A stretch of 64,000 nt of DNA, taken from IMG/VR virus record IMGVR_UViG_3300042006_000024, one strand, 5' to 3'. The position numbers were made by a program, and so were the translations under genes. This stretch comes from a virus (taxonomy: Duplodnaviria > Heunggongvirae > Uroviricota > Caudoviricetes). Below the pieces are notes generated by a model, which saw nothing but the letters and a program-made list of their open reading frames with translations, did not search any database and was not told where the DNA came from. Of this stretch, positions 35,735 to 46,287 are shown piece by piece. How positions within the stretch are numbered: the stretch's first letter is position 1; each line of letters starts with the position of its first letter.

Positions 35735-36775
35735 ATGGCCGGCGATATTATTGATTCGATCAGCAACACTTATGGCAGCGTGAAAGCGTCAGCCAAAGAG
35801 ATGTATGACGATTTCATGCACCCTAAAGGTGCGACTTCATATGCAGCACCACCAGAAAAGAAAATTACTCGGATCAAAAGACTTGAGGATAAACTTGCCT
35901 CAGGGAAACGTCAATACAAATTTCTGAAGTTCCCGTTGGACGTCGATACCGAAGCAACACAGAACATCATGCTGATCAACATCAACGCGATCAGTGGTTC
36001 CCAGTATGCAGGTAAGCAGTACAAGGTTATTGAGGGTGATGAGGCACGCATGGAGCAGAAAGGCTCTAACAGTCTTGCTCGGCACTTCTCAGGCAATACC
36101 GTACGCATCGACACTGCGATTGCACTACACATGCCACCATCGATTCAGACATCGTATCAGTCTACATGGAACGCGTCTGATTTAGGGGTTGCAGGGGCTG
36201 TGATGGATGCCTGGGGTGGTTCTGGTGACATGTCTTCGTTTGAAGCATGGAAGAATGCATGGAACACATCGAAAGAAGCGCTACCTGAAATCCTGAAAAT
36301 GACTGGGATTAAGGTTGCTGATGCAGTGCTACCTGGTAAGATCGCTGATGCATATACATGGGCCAATCAGATGGTTGAGAACCCGTATGTTGAAGTGCTG
36401 TTTAAAGGTGTGTCGAACCGTACCTTCAACTTCACGTTCAAGTTCATCCCGCGTAGTCCAGCAGAGCAGATTGCAATCAAAGAGATTGTTGACACCCTGA
36501 AGTTCCACAGAGCACCAGAAAAGAAGTTGAACATGTCTAACCTCTACTGGAGCTACCCTTCGACGTTCGACATCCAGTTCCTCAAGAAGGATGGTCAAGA
36601 AAACGAATGGTTGTTCAAGATCTCCACATGTGCATTGACCGACTTCAACGTACAACAAGGTTCAGATAGCCACTATGCATCGTTTGCCGACGGTAGCCCG
36701 TTCTCCACAACGATCAGCTTGAGCTTTACCGAACTTGAAGTGCTTGATAAAAACCGTATTTTGCAGGGCTTCTAA
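35735..36775 (+). CDS. baseplate/tail structural protein (346 aa)
   Basis: First gene of the baseplate operon. Confidence 0.45.
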   Translation: MAGDIIDSISNTYGSVKASAKEMYDDFMHPKGATSYAAPPEKKITRIKRLEDKLASGKRQYKFLKFPLDVDTEATQNIMLININAISGSQYAGKQYKVIEGDEARMEQKGSNSLARHFSGNTVRIDTAIALHMPPSIQTSYQSTWNASDLGVAGAVMDAWGGSGDMSSFEAWKNAWNTSKEALPEILKMTGIKVADAVLPGKIADAYTWANQMVENPYVEVLFKGVSNRTFNFTFKFIPRSPAEQIAIKEIVDTLKFHRAPEKKLNMSNLYWSYPSTFDIQFLKKDGQENEWLFKISTCALTDFNVQQGSDSHYASFADGSPFSTTISLSFTELEVLDKNRILQGF

Positions 36776-36777
36776 TC

Positions 36778-37266
36778 ATGAGTTACTTCACAGCTTTTCC
36801 GTTAGTGCGCTATGACAACTCGTTGCAGGTCAACTTGACTCGGCGTGTTGGTGTGTCGCAAACAATGAAGAATGATCCTGCTTATTACTATGAGCATAAC
36901 ATCGGTGATGGTGATACTCCAGAGAACCTGGCTGATCGCTTTTACGACGATGTCAACCTTGCATGGGTCATACTTCAGTTCAATGACATCGTCAACATCT
37001 TCGAAGAGTGGCCTAAACCTCAGTGGGAGTTCGATTCATACGTCAATGCGACCTATGAAGATCCGTATGCAATTCACCACTATGTGGACTACGACGGTAA
37101 AGAAATTGACTTCAGCACTGCAAAGCCGTGGGAGCGAATCCCGATCACTAACTATGAACACGAAACCGAGTTGAATGACGCTAAGCGCAAGATCAAGCTG
37201 GTACTGCCTGAGTTGGTCAACACAATCGTTAACCGTCATAAAGAAATAATCCAAGAAGGTGTGTAA
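36778..37266 (+). CDS. baseplate-associated hypothetical protein (162 aa)
   Basis: ORF 2 nt after the upstream stop. Confidence 0.45.
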   Translation: MSYFTAFPLVRYDNSLQVNLTRRVGVSQTMKNDPAYYYEHNIGDGDTPENLADRFYDDVNLAWVILQFNDIVNIFEEWPKPQWEFDSYVNATYEDPYAIHHYVDYDGKEIDFSTAKPWERIPITNYEHETELNDAKRKIKLVLPELVNTIVNRHKEIIQEGV

Positions 37267-37269
37267 CTA

Positions 37270-38502
37270 ATGGCTCAGTACTCACGTAGCGGCCAATTCG
37301 AACTGGTCAAGGCAACAATCTTGACCAACACGTCGAACCCTGTTGAACTCGACCTTGCAACTGCATTCACTGATGCGGTCATCTATGAGACGATCTTTGA
37401 CTACACAATGTCAGGGAACATCTCGTTTGTTGACACAAACAACCTAGTGCAGAAGTACGGCCTTGGTCGCGGTGAGACTGTGACCTTGCAGTGGTACACT
37501 ACAGGGATTGAAAATTCACCAATCACGGTAACTGGTCAAGTGTATGACTTGCAGGGACCGATGCCTTTAGGTGATCAAGCATCTGGTTTCACTCTGCACT
37601 TTGCATCACCTGAGTTCATCGCATCGATCCAGCAGAAGCTCTTTACGGGCCATAACGAGGCGTGCTCCGACATCGTTGAGCGTATCCTCAAGAAGATCAG
37701 CAGACAAGCGCCAGCGAAGCCTAAGGGGCTCACAGTGACACGCACGCGCAACATTGAACACATTGTCTTCAGTGGTCATACGCCTGATCGTGGTATCGAC
37801 ATGTGCTGTAAACGTGCAATCTCGACAACTGGCATGAATGGTTATTTGTTCTATGAGGACAACTCAGAGTTTCGATTTGTACCGATTGAGGAACTCTATG
37901 CTCAGGATCCTGTCATAGAGTATGTCTATCGTAGTGCGCCAACCTACAACGATGTCGAGAACGCCCACGAAGAGAGCTTCAACACCTTTCAGGAATTCGA
38001 GATCGAAGAGTCAAACAAGTTCATTGATGACCTGCATGATGGTCAGTATGGTTCAGCACACGGTTTCTTGTCGATCATGGATAAGAGCATGACCGTACAC
38101 AACTACAATGCCAAGGCTAAGTTCGACAGCAGCAAGTCGCTTGGTAAAGCTGCCGTATCACTGGATCAGAACTTCAACAGCGAGAACAGTGACCGTGTAA
38201 CCCTGCATTATCGCAACACTAAACAGGATAATGAAGGTAGCATTGTCGATAACAAGCTGAAGCTCCTCAAGTCAAATTCATTCTCGGCGAACATCGGTAT
38301 CTTTGGTAACTCATCGTTGAAAGTTGGTACTACGATGAAGACCTCGATCCCGTCGAACTCGAAAGAATCAATGACACCAAATGCAACAGACAACATCTCA
38401 GGTAAGTTCCTGATTGCCGAGATTAAACATATCCTACAACCTAAATCGTACAATCAACGAGTGAAGTTGCTGAAAGACTCGTTTGAAGAGGTGACATCTT
38501 GA
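37270..38502 (+). CDS. putative baseplate hub protein (gp27-like by position)
   Basis: 410 aa, immediately upstream of the gp5-like gene and overlapping it by 4 nt. Confidence 0.35.
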   Translation: MAQYSRSGQFELVKATILTNTSNPVELDLATAFTDAVIYETIFDYTMSGNISFVDTNNLVQKYGLGRGETVTLQWYTTGIENSPITVTGQVYDLQGPMPLGDQASGFTLHFASPEFIASIQQKLFTGHNEACSDIVERILKKISRQAPAKPKGLTVTRTRNIEHIVFSGHTPDRGIDMCCKRAISTTGMNGYLFYEDNSEFRFVPIEELYAQDPVIEYVYRSAPTYNDVENAHEESFNTFQEFEIEESNKFIDDLHDGQYGSAHGFLSIMDKSMTVHNYNAKAKFDSSKSLGKAAVSLDQNFNSENSDRVTLHYRNTKQDNEGSIVDNKLKLLKSNSFSANIGIFGNSSLKVGTTMKTSIPSNSKESMTPNATDNISGKFLIAEIKHILQPKSYNQRVKLLKDSFEEVTS

Positions 38503-40031
38503 TTGACACAAATAACTTCACACCTTGGTTTGGTGTCATTGAGAACGTTGACGACCCGTTGAAGAATGGTCGTTACCAAGTCAGGGTGTTTGGCTACAAC
38601 TCGGCCAACCCTGGCATGCTCCCTACAGACAACTTGCGCTGGTTCTCTAGCGCAGTGTCAAACAGTGCTGGCTCTCAAAGCGTTGGTCATAGTCCTACTG
38701 GTTACAAAGTCGATTCATTCGTATTCGGTTACTACATCGACCCTGATCATCAAGAAGGTGTCATTCTTGCGGCTATTGCTTCAATGCCAGGCGGTCTGAA
38801 TGATGTCAGTGAGATTGCAACGGGTGAAGGTGGCACGTATCTTGATGAGTTGACCAACAACGCGGTCAAGGGTATTCCAGATGCTCGTGGTGAGACTTGG
38901 GATGAACCAACCTCACGTTATGCAGTCGTCTATCCAAAGAATCAGGTGTATCAGTCTGAGTCGGGCCATGTCATTGAATACGATGATACGCCAGGTGCTG
39001 AGCGCGTCATGATCTTTCACCGTTCAGGCTCATTCGATGAGTTTCACCCTGACGGCAAGCGTGTGTCGAAGGCTGTCAACGATTCGTTTGATATTCACTT
39101 GGGTGGTCATAACATCTTCGTCAGTGGTAGTCTGAACCTTGTTGCATCGGGTGACTATCGTGTCAGTGTCGGTGGTGAGATGTATGTCAAGGCAACCAAA
39201 GTGACATTTGATACACCTGAAGTCGATATCTACGGCATCAGCAGTGCAAATGATCACATGAGCGGTAATGTCAGCGGTGGCTTCCACATTCACCCTGAGA
39301 CCAATCAGCAAGAAACATTGTCGCCGCTTGGCTACTCGCTTGAGTTCACACCGACACCTAAAAACAACTTCTCGTTTCAGTATGAAGAAACACCTTACAC
39401 GCCCGAGATTGTTGATATGGCGGTGTCTAACGGTTTCATCACGCCTGAAGAAGGTGAACGTGTTATGACCGAAGAGCCGATCATTGAAAGTATCGCAGAC
39501 GAACCACCACCGGCTGAAGTCAAACCGGTGATTGCTGAGTGTGGTTTGGCGATTACTAACGGTAAAGTGGATTATTCAGTCAAGTTGTCACCAAACTTTA
39601 CGCTCCGTCAGTTGTCTTTAGGTGCTGTAGTCTCACAATATGCGATCAAAGATCAGAACGGCCTGACTTCAGAGCAGATCATCTGTAACCTGAAGAACCT
39701 CGCTGAGAACGTTCTAGAGCCCTTGAAGGCGAAGTATCCAAACATGATCGTCACCTCTGGCTTCAGAACTGGTAGCGGCAAGAGTCAACACTTGAAAGGT
39801 GAGGCCGCCGATATTCAATTCAAGAATGCATCAAAGGGATTCTACTTCGAAGTTGCGAAGTGGGCTAAAGACAATCTACCGTATGACCAGTTTCTCCTTG
39901 AGTACAAATCGACAGGGACCAGAATGCCCTGGCTACACTTTTCACTCACACGCGGTCGCAGCCAACGTGGCCAAATCATGACGTTCTTTAATCACTCAAA
40001 GTACGCAAACGGATTAGTACAAGTAGCTTAA
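38499..40031 (+). CDS. baseplate central spike (gp5-like N-terminal OB domain) with C-terminal M15-family zinc peptidase domain
   Basis: WFGVIENVDDPLKNGRYQVRVFG matches the gp5 OB N-terminus. C-terminal SGFRTGSGKSQHLKGEAADIQF is an M15 H..G.A.D zinc site. Confidence 0.65.
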   Translation: MIDTNNFTPWFGVIENVDDPLKNGRYQVRVFGYNSANPGMLPTDNLRWFSSAVSNSAGSQSVGHSPTGYKVDSFVFGYYIDPDHQEGVILAAIASMPGGLNDVSEIATGEGGTYLDELTNNAVKGIPDARGETWDEPTSRYAVVYPKNQVYQSESGHVIEYDDTPGAERVMIFHRSGSFDEFHPDGKRVSKAVNDSFDIHLGGHNIFVSGSLNLVASGDYRVSVGGEMYVKATKVTFDTPEVDIYGISSANDHMSGNVSGGFHIHPETNQQETLSPLGYSLEFTPTPKNNFSFQYEETPYTPEIVDMAVSNGFITPEEGERVMTEEPIIESIADEPPPAEVKPVIAECGLAITNGKVDYSVKLSPNFTLRQLSLGAVVSQYAIKDQNGLTSEQIICNLKNLAENVLEPLKAKYPNMIVTSGFRTGSGKSQHLKGEAADIQFKNASKGFYFEVAKWAKDNLPYDQFLLEYKSTGTRMPWLHFSLTRGRSQRGQIMTFFNHSKYANGLVQVA

Positions 40032-40058
40032 ACTCACAATAATTAAAGGGAAACCAGC

Positions 40059-40502
40059 ATGTCAAGTACTATAACACTCGAACGCGCTTACACAGACTCA
40101 GCGACTATCGGCAAGATGTACATGCCTAGTGGCATCGTATTCGATACGATTGAACTACCATGGGAGAGCAATGAACCAGAAGTCTCTTGCATCCCTGAAG
40201 GTAGCTACACCCTCAACAAACGCTCAAGTGGCATCGTCAATCGCACGTCACGTGGTAAATACACCGCAGGTTGGGAAGTGACAAACGTTGAAGGTCGAAC
40301 CTACATCATGATCCATATCGGTAACACTGTATCGAACTTTCAGGGCTGTATTGGTATCGGTGAAGGTTTAGGTGTTATTGACGGTAACTGGGCAATCCTG
40401 CAAAGCTCAGTGTCATTTGATAAATTCATGCGCGAGATGGAAACATCTGAAGATTGGAAGTTGACGATTCGCGTCCGCACACAACGAGGGTTTAACCAAT
40501 GA
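40059..40502 (+). CDS. DUF5675/YkuD-like (L,D-transpeptidase-fold) protein
   Basis: IPEGSYTL...HIGN...GCIGI resembles the YkuD HxG...GC motif. Confidence 0.4.
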   Translation: MSSTITLERAYTDSATIGKMYMPSGIVFDTIELPWESNEPEVSCIPEGSYTLNKRSSGIVNRTSRGKYTAGWEVTNVEGRTYIMIHIGNTVSNFQGCIGIGEGLGVIDGNWAILQSSVSFDKFMREMETSEDWKLTIRVRTQRGFNQ

Positions 40503-40870
40503 GACGTGACATTGACCTGTCATTCAAGAAGCATCCTTTGACAGGAGACCTTGCGACCAAAACAGGCAGTTCTGCTATTCGTCAATCACTGATCAATATT
40601 GTCCGCACCAACTTCTATGATCGCGGCTTTAACGTTGAGATGGGTACGAACCTTGATGCTTCGATGTTTGAGAATATCGGCCTGACCACAGCGCGACAGA
40701 TTCATGACAACATCGAGAACGCGATCCGTAACTTTGAACCACAGGTCGAGTTGATTGATATTGAGGTTCGGGATACTGGTGGTAATGAAGTTTCGGTGAA
40801 GATCTATTACACCGAACTCAACAACCCTACTACACAAGCCTTGATCGTGGACTTGAGTCGCATTCGGTAA
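40499..40870 (+). CDS. baseplate wedge protein gp25/GPW family
   Basis: DLSFKKHPLTGDL...IRQSLINIVRT...EPQV is a typical GPW/gp25 signature. 123 aa. Confidence 0.75.
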   Translation: MRRDIDLSFKKHPLTGDLATKTGSSAIRQSLINIVRTNFYDRGFNVEMGTNLDASMFENIGLTTARQIHDNIENAIRNFEPQVELIDIEVRDTGGNEVSVKIYYTELNNPTTQALIVDLSRIR

Positions 40871-40913
40871 TCGGGTGGAGTGACCTAATAAATAGCTGTA
40901 CGACAACTATTGA

Positions 40914-42659
40914 TTGGGTCATGCTCTCATGTCTTCACTTATTACATCATACGATCCACAGGAACTCAAAGCTTCCTTAATTGAGTACATGCAGGCGAAA
41001 CCTGATTTTGCCGACTTCAACTATGAAGGTTCGACGATCAATACGATCATTGACCTTCTGGTGCGCAATACTCACTACATCGCCTATATGGCAAACATGG
41101 TCAGCTCTGAATCGTTTCTTGATTCGGCACAGTTGCGGGCCAACGTTGTCAGTCATGCTCAGAAACTCTCCTATACACCTAAGTCGCGCACTGCAAGTAC
41201 AGTGGTCGTTGACCTTGAAGTCCTGCCGTCAGCACAACCAACTGAGTTCAGCCTCGTAGCCGAGAAAGGTTCCGTGTTCCTCAACACAATTGGTAACGTG
41301 ACCTATTCGTTTACCAATACAAGCGAGATCACCCTACTCAAGACAATTGAGAACAAGTTCATTGCGAGTAATGTTGAACTGAAGCAAGGTCAGTTGCGCT
41401 CTCAGCGTTACCTGTATAACTCCAGTACAAAGACTATCGGCATCATGAATGCTGACATCGATACAGCGACTGTGCGCGTGTTTGTGACTGATCCGGTGAC
41501 AGGCGAGATCACTGAGTATCTGAAGGTCGAAAACATCGTAGACGTCGGCACAGACAGCGCTGTGTTCTATCTGTTCGAGAACACACTGGGTAAATACGAC
41601 ATTCAGTTTGGTCGCAACGTTCTAGGTGCTGAACCGATAAACAACTCGGTCGTTCGAATTGAATACGTGGCTGTTGAAGCCGAACACGCAAACGGTCTGA
41701 AAACCCTGATTGCAGGTACACCGATTCAAGGTTACTCGAACATCAAGGTCACTGTGGTTACCGAGGCTTACGGTGGTGCTGAGAAGAGCGACATTGACTT
41801 CATCAAGTTCCTTGCACCAAAGATCTGGGAAACTCAGAACCGTGCAGTACGTGACAAAGACTATGTGGCGATCATGTTGCGTGAATTCACCTTCATCAAG
41901 TCTGCAATCGCCTGGGGTGGTGAAAAGAACGTTCCGCCGTACTATGGTCGAGTGTTCCTATGTGCAATCCCACAAGACGGCTTTGTTATCGCCGATACAG
42001 TGAAACAGACCATCGAGAGACGTATTACCGAGTTCTCCGTTGCTTCGATTACGCCTGAAGTGGTTGACGCGTCATACATCGGTCTTCAGTTGGATATCGG
42101 TATTCTGTATAACGCCAATCAGACGACCGATACGTTTGCTCAGACTGTTGCTGCGGTGAAGACTGCTGCGAACACATACAATCAGAACAACCTGCGTCTG
42201 TTTGACTTCTGGTACAACGATAGCGAGTTGTCCCGTCAAATCACCAAAGCAGCGCCGTCGATCTACTCGATTGAAACGCACAAGAAGGCCTTTTTTGACA
42301 CGCCAATCAACCGCAATGTGATGAAGCACTACATTGCCGAGTTCCTGAATGAAGTTGAACCTGGCTCTCTGGTTGTGTCGGATGTTGTATTTGACATCAA
42401 TGCGACAAGTCAAAAGGTGCTTGATGATGGTGCAGGCAAGATCATCAAACAGATTATCAAAGACGGTATAACTACCAATGAGACAATCGGTAGCATCAAT
42501 TACACCACGGGCTATGTCGAGTTCAATGCACTGTTGCTTGACCCTGGCACGCTGCGCATGACGGTCACTCCTGTAGCAAGCAACTTCTACACTGATCGGA
42601 ACTATGTGGTGTACATTGACACTATCAATGTTGATTTGCTAACAACCAGAAAGGTTTAA
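40914..42659 (+). CDS. baseplate J-like protein (gp6-like)
   Basis: 581 aa, directly after the gp25-like gene. Confidence 0.5.
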   Translation: MGHALMSSLITSYDPQELKASLIEYMQAKPDFADFNYEGSTINTIIDLLVRNTHYIAYMANMVSSESFLDSAQLRANVVSHAQKLSYTPKSRTASTVVVDLEVLPSAQPTEFSLVAEKGSVFLNTIGNVTYSFTNTSEITLLKTIENKFIASNVELKQGQLRSQRYLYNSSTKTIGIMNADIDTATVRVFVTDPVTGEITEYLKVENIVDVGTDSAVFYLFENTLGKYDIQFGRNVLGAEPINNSVVRIEYVAVEAEHANGLKTLIAGTPIQGYSNIKVTVVTEAYGGAEKSDIDFIKFLAPKIWETQNRAVRDKDYVAIMLREFTFIKSAIAWGGEKNVPPYYGRVFLCAIPQDGFVIADTVKQTIERRITEFSVASITPEVVDASYIGLQLDIGILYNANQTTDTFAQTVAAVKTAANTYNQNNLRLFDFWYNDSELSRQITKAAPSIYSIETHKKAFFDTPINRNVMKHYIAEFLNEVEPGSLVVSDVVFDINATSQKVLDDGAGKIIKQIIKDGITTNETIGSINYTTGYVEFNALLLDPGTLRMTVTPVASNFYTDRNYVVYIDTINVDLLTTRKV

Positions 42660-42660
42660 T

Positions 42661-44313
42661 ATGGCCGCTAAAGCGATCCAACATTCGATTCCGGGCCAAC
42701 TGTCCTCGCACATCAACGAAGAGTACCCGCTCTTCGTTGAGTTCCTGAGTGGGTACTATGAATGGCTTGAGGGTACAGACAGCCCCTATTATCAACTGCG
42801 CAACCACTTGTCAGCACTCGACCTGAAAGAATCGCTTGACGGGTATGCTACGCACCTGAAAAACGAATACTTGTCGACCATCCCTGAGAAGGTGTTGGCC
42901 GACAAAGAAATCCTGATCAAGCATTCGAAACAGTTCTTTCAGTCGCTCGGTAGTGAAAAGTCGTTTCAGTTCCTGTTCAAGATCCTCTATAACGAGGACA
43001 TCGAACTGTACTACCCGAAAAACGACATCCTGCGTGCGTCTAACGCAACATGGATCGATAACGAAAACCTGATGTACGTGTCGAACAGCGGCAACGTAAA
43101 CAACTTCCTGTACCGTCGTATTACGCAGACGCGTGAGCCGTTCCCAGGGGTGTTTGAGTACGCCACAGCAACAGTTAACCGCATCATCAACCGCTATGCC
43201 AACAAGTTCAACTTTGCCGAGTTGTACCTGAACGACATTGTTGGTACATTCGATTTGAATTACCCTGTTGTTGTTGACAATATCACTGAATGGATTTTGC
43301 CGATTGCTGATGGTGTCGAGGTCATTTCACCTGGTCTGAACTACACGGTCGACAACAACTTGACTTATGCGGGTGATTCGACATTCGACATCACTGTTCA
43401 GGCAACTGGGCCTGGTAGCGTTGATACCCGTTATACCACGATCATGACTGCAAGTGATTTGACCGTCAAAGTGGGTGGCGTTGAGATTACTGGCTACACA
43501 TACGACGGCAAGATGCTTGCGCACGCCAGTATCTTGCAGGGCTCTACAGTGACGATCAGTTTCCCTGTGTATGCAGGTTTCTTGTCGATTGACCGTGTAG
43601 GTGCACTTGGTCAGATTGTTGATGTGAATTTGATTGATACGCCGTTCGGTATTGTTACGCCGCAGCTCTACACATCTGCCGATGGTGGTTCAGGTGGTTC
43701 GATTCGCATCATCCCTGCACTGACCAAACGCATCGAAGGTTACTTCCTTGACAATGAAAGCTTCCTGTCGACCAACAAAGTGTTGCAGGATTCTGAATAC
43801 TATCAGGACTATTCGTATGTGATCAAAGCAGGTATCGGCGTTGATCGCTACCGCGATGTGGTGATGAATGTTCTCCACCCTGCTGGTCTGAAGATGTATG
43901 GTGAAGTGAACATCATCGAGTTCATCAAGTTGATCATTCGCGATGCCAACTTTACGGTCACGGTGAATTTCATGGGTGAGATTTCGTTCCAGTCGTCTGT
44001 TTTCCTATACAACCGAGTCGGCTTCGTTCAGGACTTCATGTATGCGGAAACAGAAGGGACGTACAAAACAAATGACTTCAAAGACATTGTCATTGCTGAT
44101 GTGTTCGAGGGTGTTAAGCCGCTCAACCGTCACTTTACAAACGTTACTGTCCTGACACCAGGTGGCTATGTTTACGCAGGCTATTTCGATGCGGGTTATA
44201 ACACTGATCTTGTGACTGATGATCCGTCATACATTGATGAGACTTACATTGAAGACGGTTACGAATACATCGAGCTTGACGGTGCTACAGCGTTCGGCCA
44301 TTACACTAGTTAA
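42661..44313 (+). CDS. baseplate wedge / tail-fibre connector protein (550 aa)
   Basis: ORF with a 1-nt gap after the gp6-like gene, before the fibres. Confidence 0.35.
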   Translation: MAAKAIQHSIPGQLSSHINEEYPLFVEFLSGYYEWLEGTDSPYYQLRNHLSALDLKESLDGYATHLKNEYLSTIPEKVLADKEILIKHSKQFFQSLGSEKSFQFLFKILYNEDIELYYPKNDILRASNATWIDNENLMYVSNSGNVNNFLYRRITQTREPFPGVFEYATATVNRIINRYANKFNFAELYLNDIVGTFDLNYPVVVDNITEWILPIADGVEVISPGLNYTVDNNLTYAGDSTFDITVQATGPGSVDTRYTTIMTASDLTVKVGGVEITGYTYDGKMLAHASILQGSTVTISFPVYAGFLSIDRVGALGQIVDVNLIDTPFGIVTPQLYTSADGGSGGSIRIIPALTKRIEGYFLDNESFLSTNKVLQDSEYYQDYSYVIKAGIGVDRYRDVVMNVLHPAGLKMYGEVNIIEFIKLIIRDANFTVTVNFMGEISFQSSVFLYNRVGFVQDFMYAETEGTYKTNDFKDIVIADVFEGVKPLNRHFTNVTVLTPGGYVYAGYFDAGYNTDLVTDDPSYIDETYIEDGYEYIELDGATAFGHYTS

Positions 44314-44340
44314 ATAAGACTAAACGAATTCGAGGTTACT

Positions 44341-46212
44341 ATGCTAGCAGACAAAACAAACGTAGTTAAGCGGTCGAGCAAAGGCACGCCCTTAACCTAT
44401 GTTGAAATGGATCGCAACTTCTCCGAACTTGTGAATGCGATTGACGACGTTGATGCACTCACAACTGATGTCAATACACTCACAACTACCGTTGATGAGT
44501 TTGTGACTGATGTCGGTGATCCTGATGTAGGGTCAACCCTCGTTGGGCATAAACGCACTGATATAGCTGACACTATTTCAAACGTCAATATGATGTTGTC
44601 GAGTCTTATAGTCAACATCTGGGAGTATGCCAACTATATTACAAGCAAGCCTACATCATCGCCTTCTACATGGGACTGGACACCTGCAACCGCAGCAGCT
44701 TCAGCGTTTGTGAAGTCTAAGGGTGGCGGTTGGATTCGTTATCCTGCTGGTAGCTATCCTCATACCAAGATGGTTAAACAACACGGCGTGAGTTGGATGG
44801 GTGACGGTTCAAGCGTAACTTACATCACCACACTGGCATCGACGTCCGCTGTGCCTTATGGCCTCATTGAAGTTGAAGCAGGTGCTGTATCGTCGTCTCA
44901 CATGGTTGGCATGCACATCATGGGTAGCGCAGTTGCAGGCTTTGCTCAAGCAACTGTCAACGCAACTCAGTGGGGCATGTACGCCAAAGCTCAATGGGAT
45001 GCAACGTACCAGCATGGTGGTCTGTGGTATTCTGAGTTCCGTGATGTTCGATTCTCTAACTTCAACTACGGAGTGTGGACTCGTGGTGGTTATACGATCA
45101 ACAACTACAAACGCCCAATTCAATTCGTGACGTTCGACAAAGTATTCATCCAAGTACCTACAGGTGGTGAAGCTCTTCGTATGACAGGGCAGCACGGTCA
45201 GATTGAATTCCGTGGTGGTTCTGCTGAAGGTCGCGACGGTGTTGTTGCCGCCCTCTGCATCAATATCGGTATGGACCCTGATCCAGCGACTATGGCTGAT
45301 AACGCTGCCACTGGTCAAGGTGAAAACACATCAGATGCTCCTGGCACTGGCAGTGCTGTGCAAGCTCCGTACAACGTCAACTTCGGTAACGGTTTCTCTA
45401 TCCAGAAGTCCCGTAAAGGTATTGCTGCTAAGAACTGCCGTCAAATCTCGGTTCAAGGTGCTTGGGTCGAAGACATTGCAGAGTTGATTGACTTGTCTAC
45501 TAACGCTCACTTGACGTTTGAGTCAAACCACTTGGCTAACGCGGCTGACGGCTCTGTTGGTGGTACAGCGGGTACAGGTTATCTGTTCAAGATGGCCACT
45601 AGCTCGGCATTGGAGTTCAAATCGACTTCTGATGTTATTGGTACAGTTGATAACTACCTTGAGCCGACTACTAACTTGAATAACCTTCGCAGTCTGAAAA
45701 TAGAAGGTCTTGCTTTTGGTGATACTTATCAGAAGTTTGTGGCTGCGGGTTACAAGACTATGGTTCTCACAGGTTCGGCCATCGACATTGGCGCTCACAA
45801 GTTTGTGGTTATCAACCCGGCGCCTGGTGACCCTAGTTTGAAGTTGGATATCCTGAAAGCTACTATTGCTCCAGGTGAGCGTGTAACTATTCGTGCACTG
45901 ACTGGGCCTATCACAGTGGTCAACACTGGCAACATCTCGTTGAACGGTGAACCTGCAATCTGTCTACCACTGTCAGGCGCGATGGTCCTTGAACGACTCT
46001 ATCAAGTCATTGGCAACGTTGAGTGGGTATTGATATCAGTAACCGAACAACGCGCTACTGCCGCCCCTACAGACGGCTTCTACTACCCACAGGCACACAG
46101 AGTCTGGCGTCGCGATGCAGCAGCTTCTGGACCAATGGGTTGGATTTGCACAACAGCTGGACTGGCAGGTACAACTGCTGTGTTTAAAGCGATGCCTAAC
46201 CTGGCAGCGTAA
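44341..46212 (+). CDS. tail fibre / tailspike protein 1
   Basis: 623 aa. N-terminal anchor shared with fibre 2. Gly/Ser/Thr-rich beta-rich body (YPAGSY). Confidence 0.6.
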   Translation: MLADKTNVVKRSSKGTPLTYVEMDRNFSELVNAIDDVDALTTDVNTLTTTVDEFVTDVGDPDVGSTLVGHKRTDIADTISNVNMMLSSLIVNIWEYANYITSKPTSSPSTWDWTPATAAASAFVKSKGGGWIRYPAGSYPHTKMVKQHGVSWMGDGSSVTYITTLASTSAVPYGLIEVEAGAVSSSHMVGMHIMGSAVAGFAQATVNATQWGMYAKAQWDATYQHGGLWYSEFRDVRFSNFNYGVWTRGGYTINNYKRPIQFVTFDKVFIQVPTGGEALRMTGQHGQIEFRGGSAEGRDGVVAALCINIGMDPDPATMADNAATGQGENTSDAPGTGSAVQAPYNVNFGNGFSIQKSRKGIAAKNCRQISVQGAWVEDIAELIDLSTNAHLTFESNHLANAADGSVGGTAGTGYLFKMATSSALEFKSTSDVIGTVDNYLEPTTNLNNLRSLKIEGLAFGDTYQKFVAAGYKTMVLTGSAIDIGAHKFVVINPAPGDPSLKLDILKATIAPGERVTIRALTGPITVVNTGNISLNGEPAICLPLSGAMVLERLYQVIGNVEWVLISVTEQRATAAPTDGFYYPQAHRVWRRDAAASGPMGWICTTAGLAGTTAVFKAMPNLAA

Positions 46213-46220
46213 CAACACCG

Positions 46221-46250
46221 AAGCCTGCTTAGTTGCAGGCTTTGTCTTTT
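46221..46250 (+). terminator. intrinsic terminator after fibre 1 (probably leaky)
   Basis: aagcctgc-ttagtt-gcaggctt then TGTCTTTT. Confidence 0.45.
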
Positions 46251-46287
46251 GTGGTAGTAAATAGTACATAATAAATTCGAGGTTACT

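Noticed and set aside
44314-44340. TAAATA sequences upstream of both fibre genes as T4 late promoters
   Set aside because: They lack the leading TA of the invariant TATAAATA octamer. Kept only as a remark within the fibre finding.
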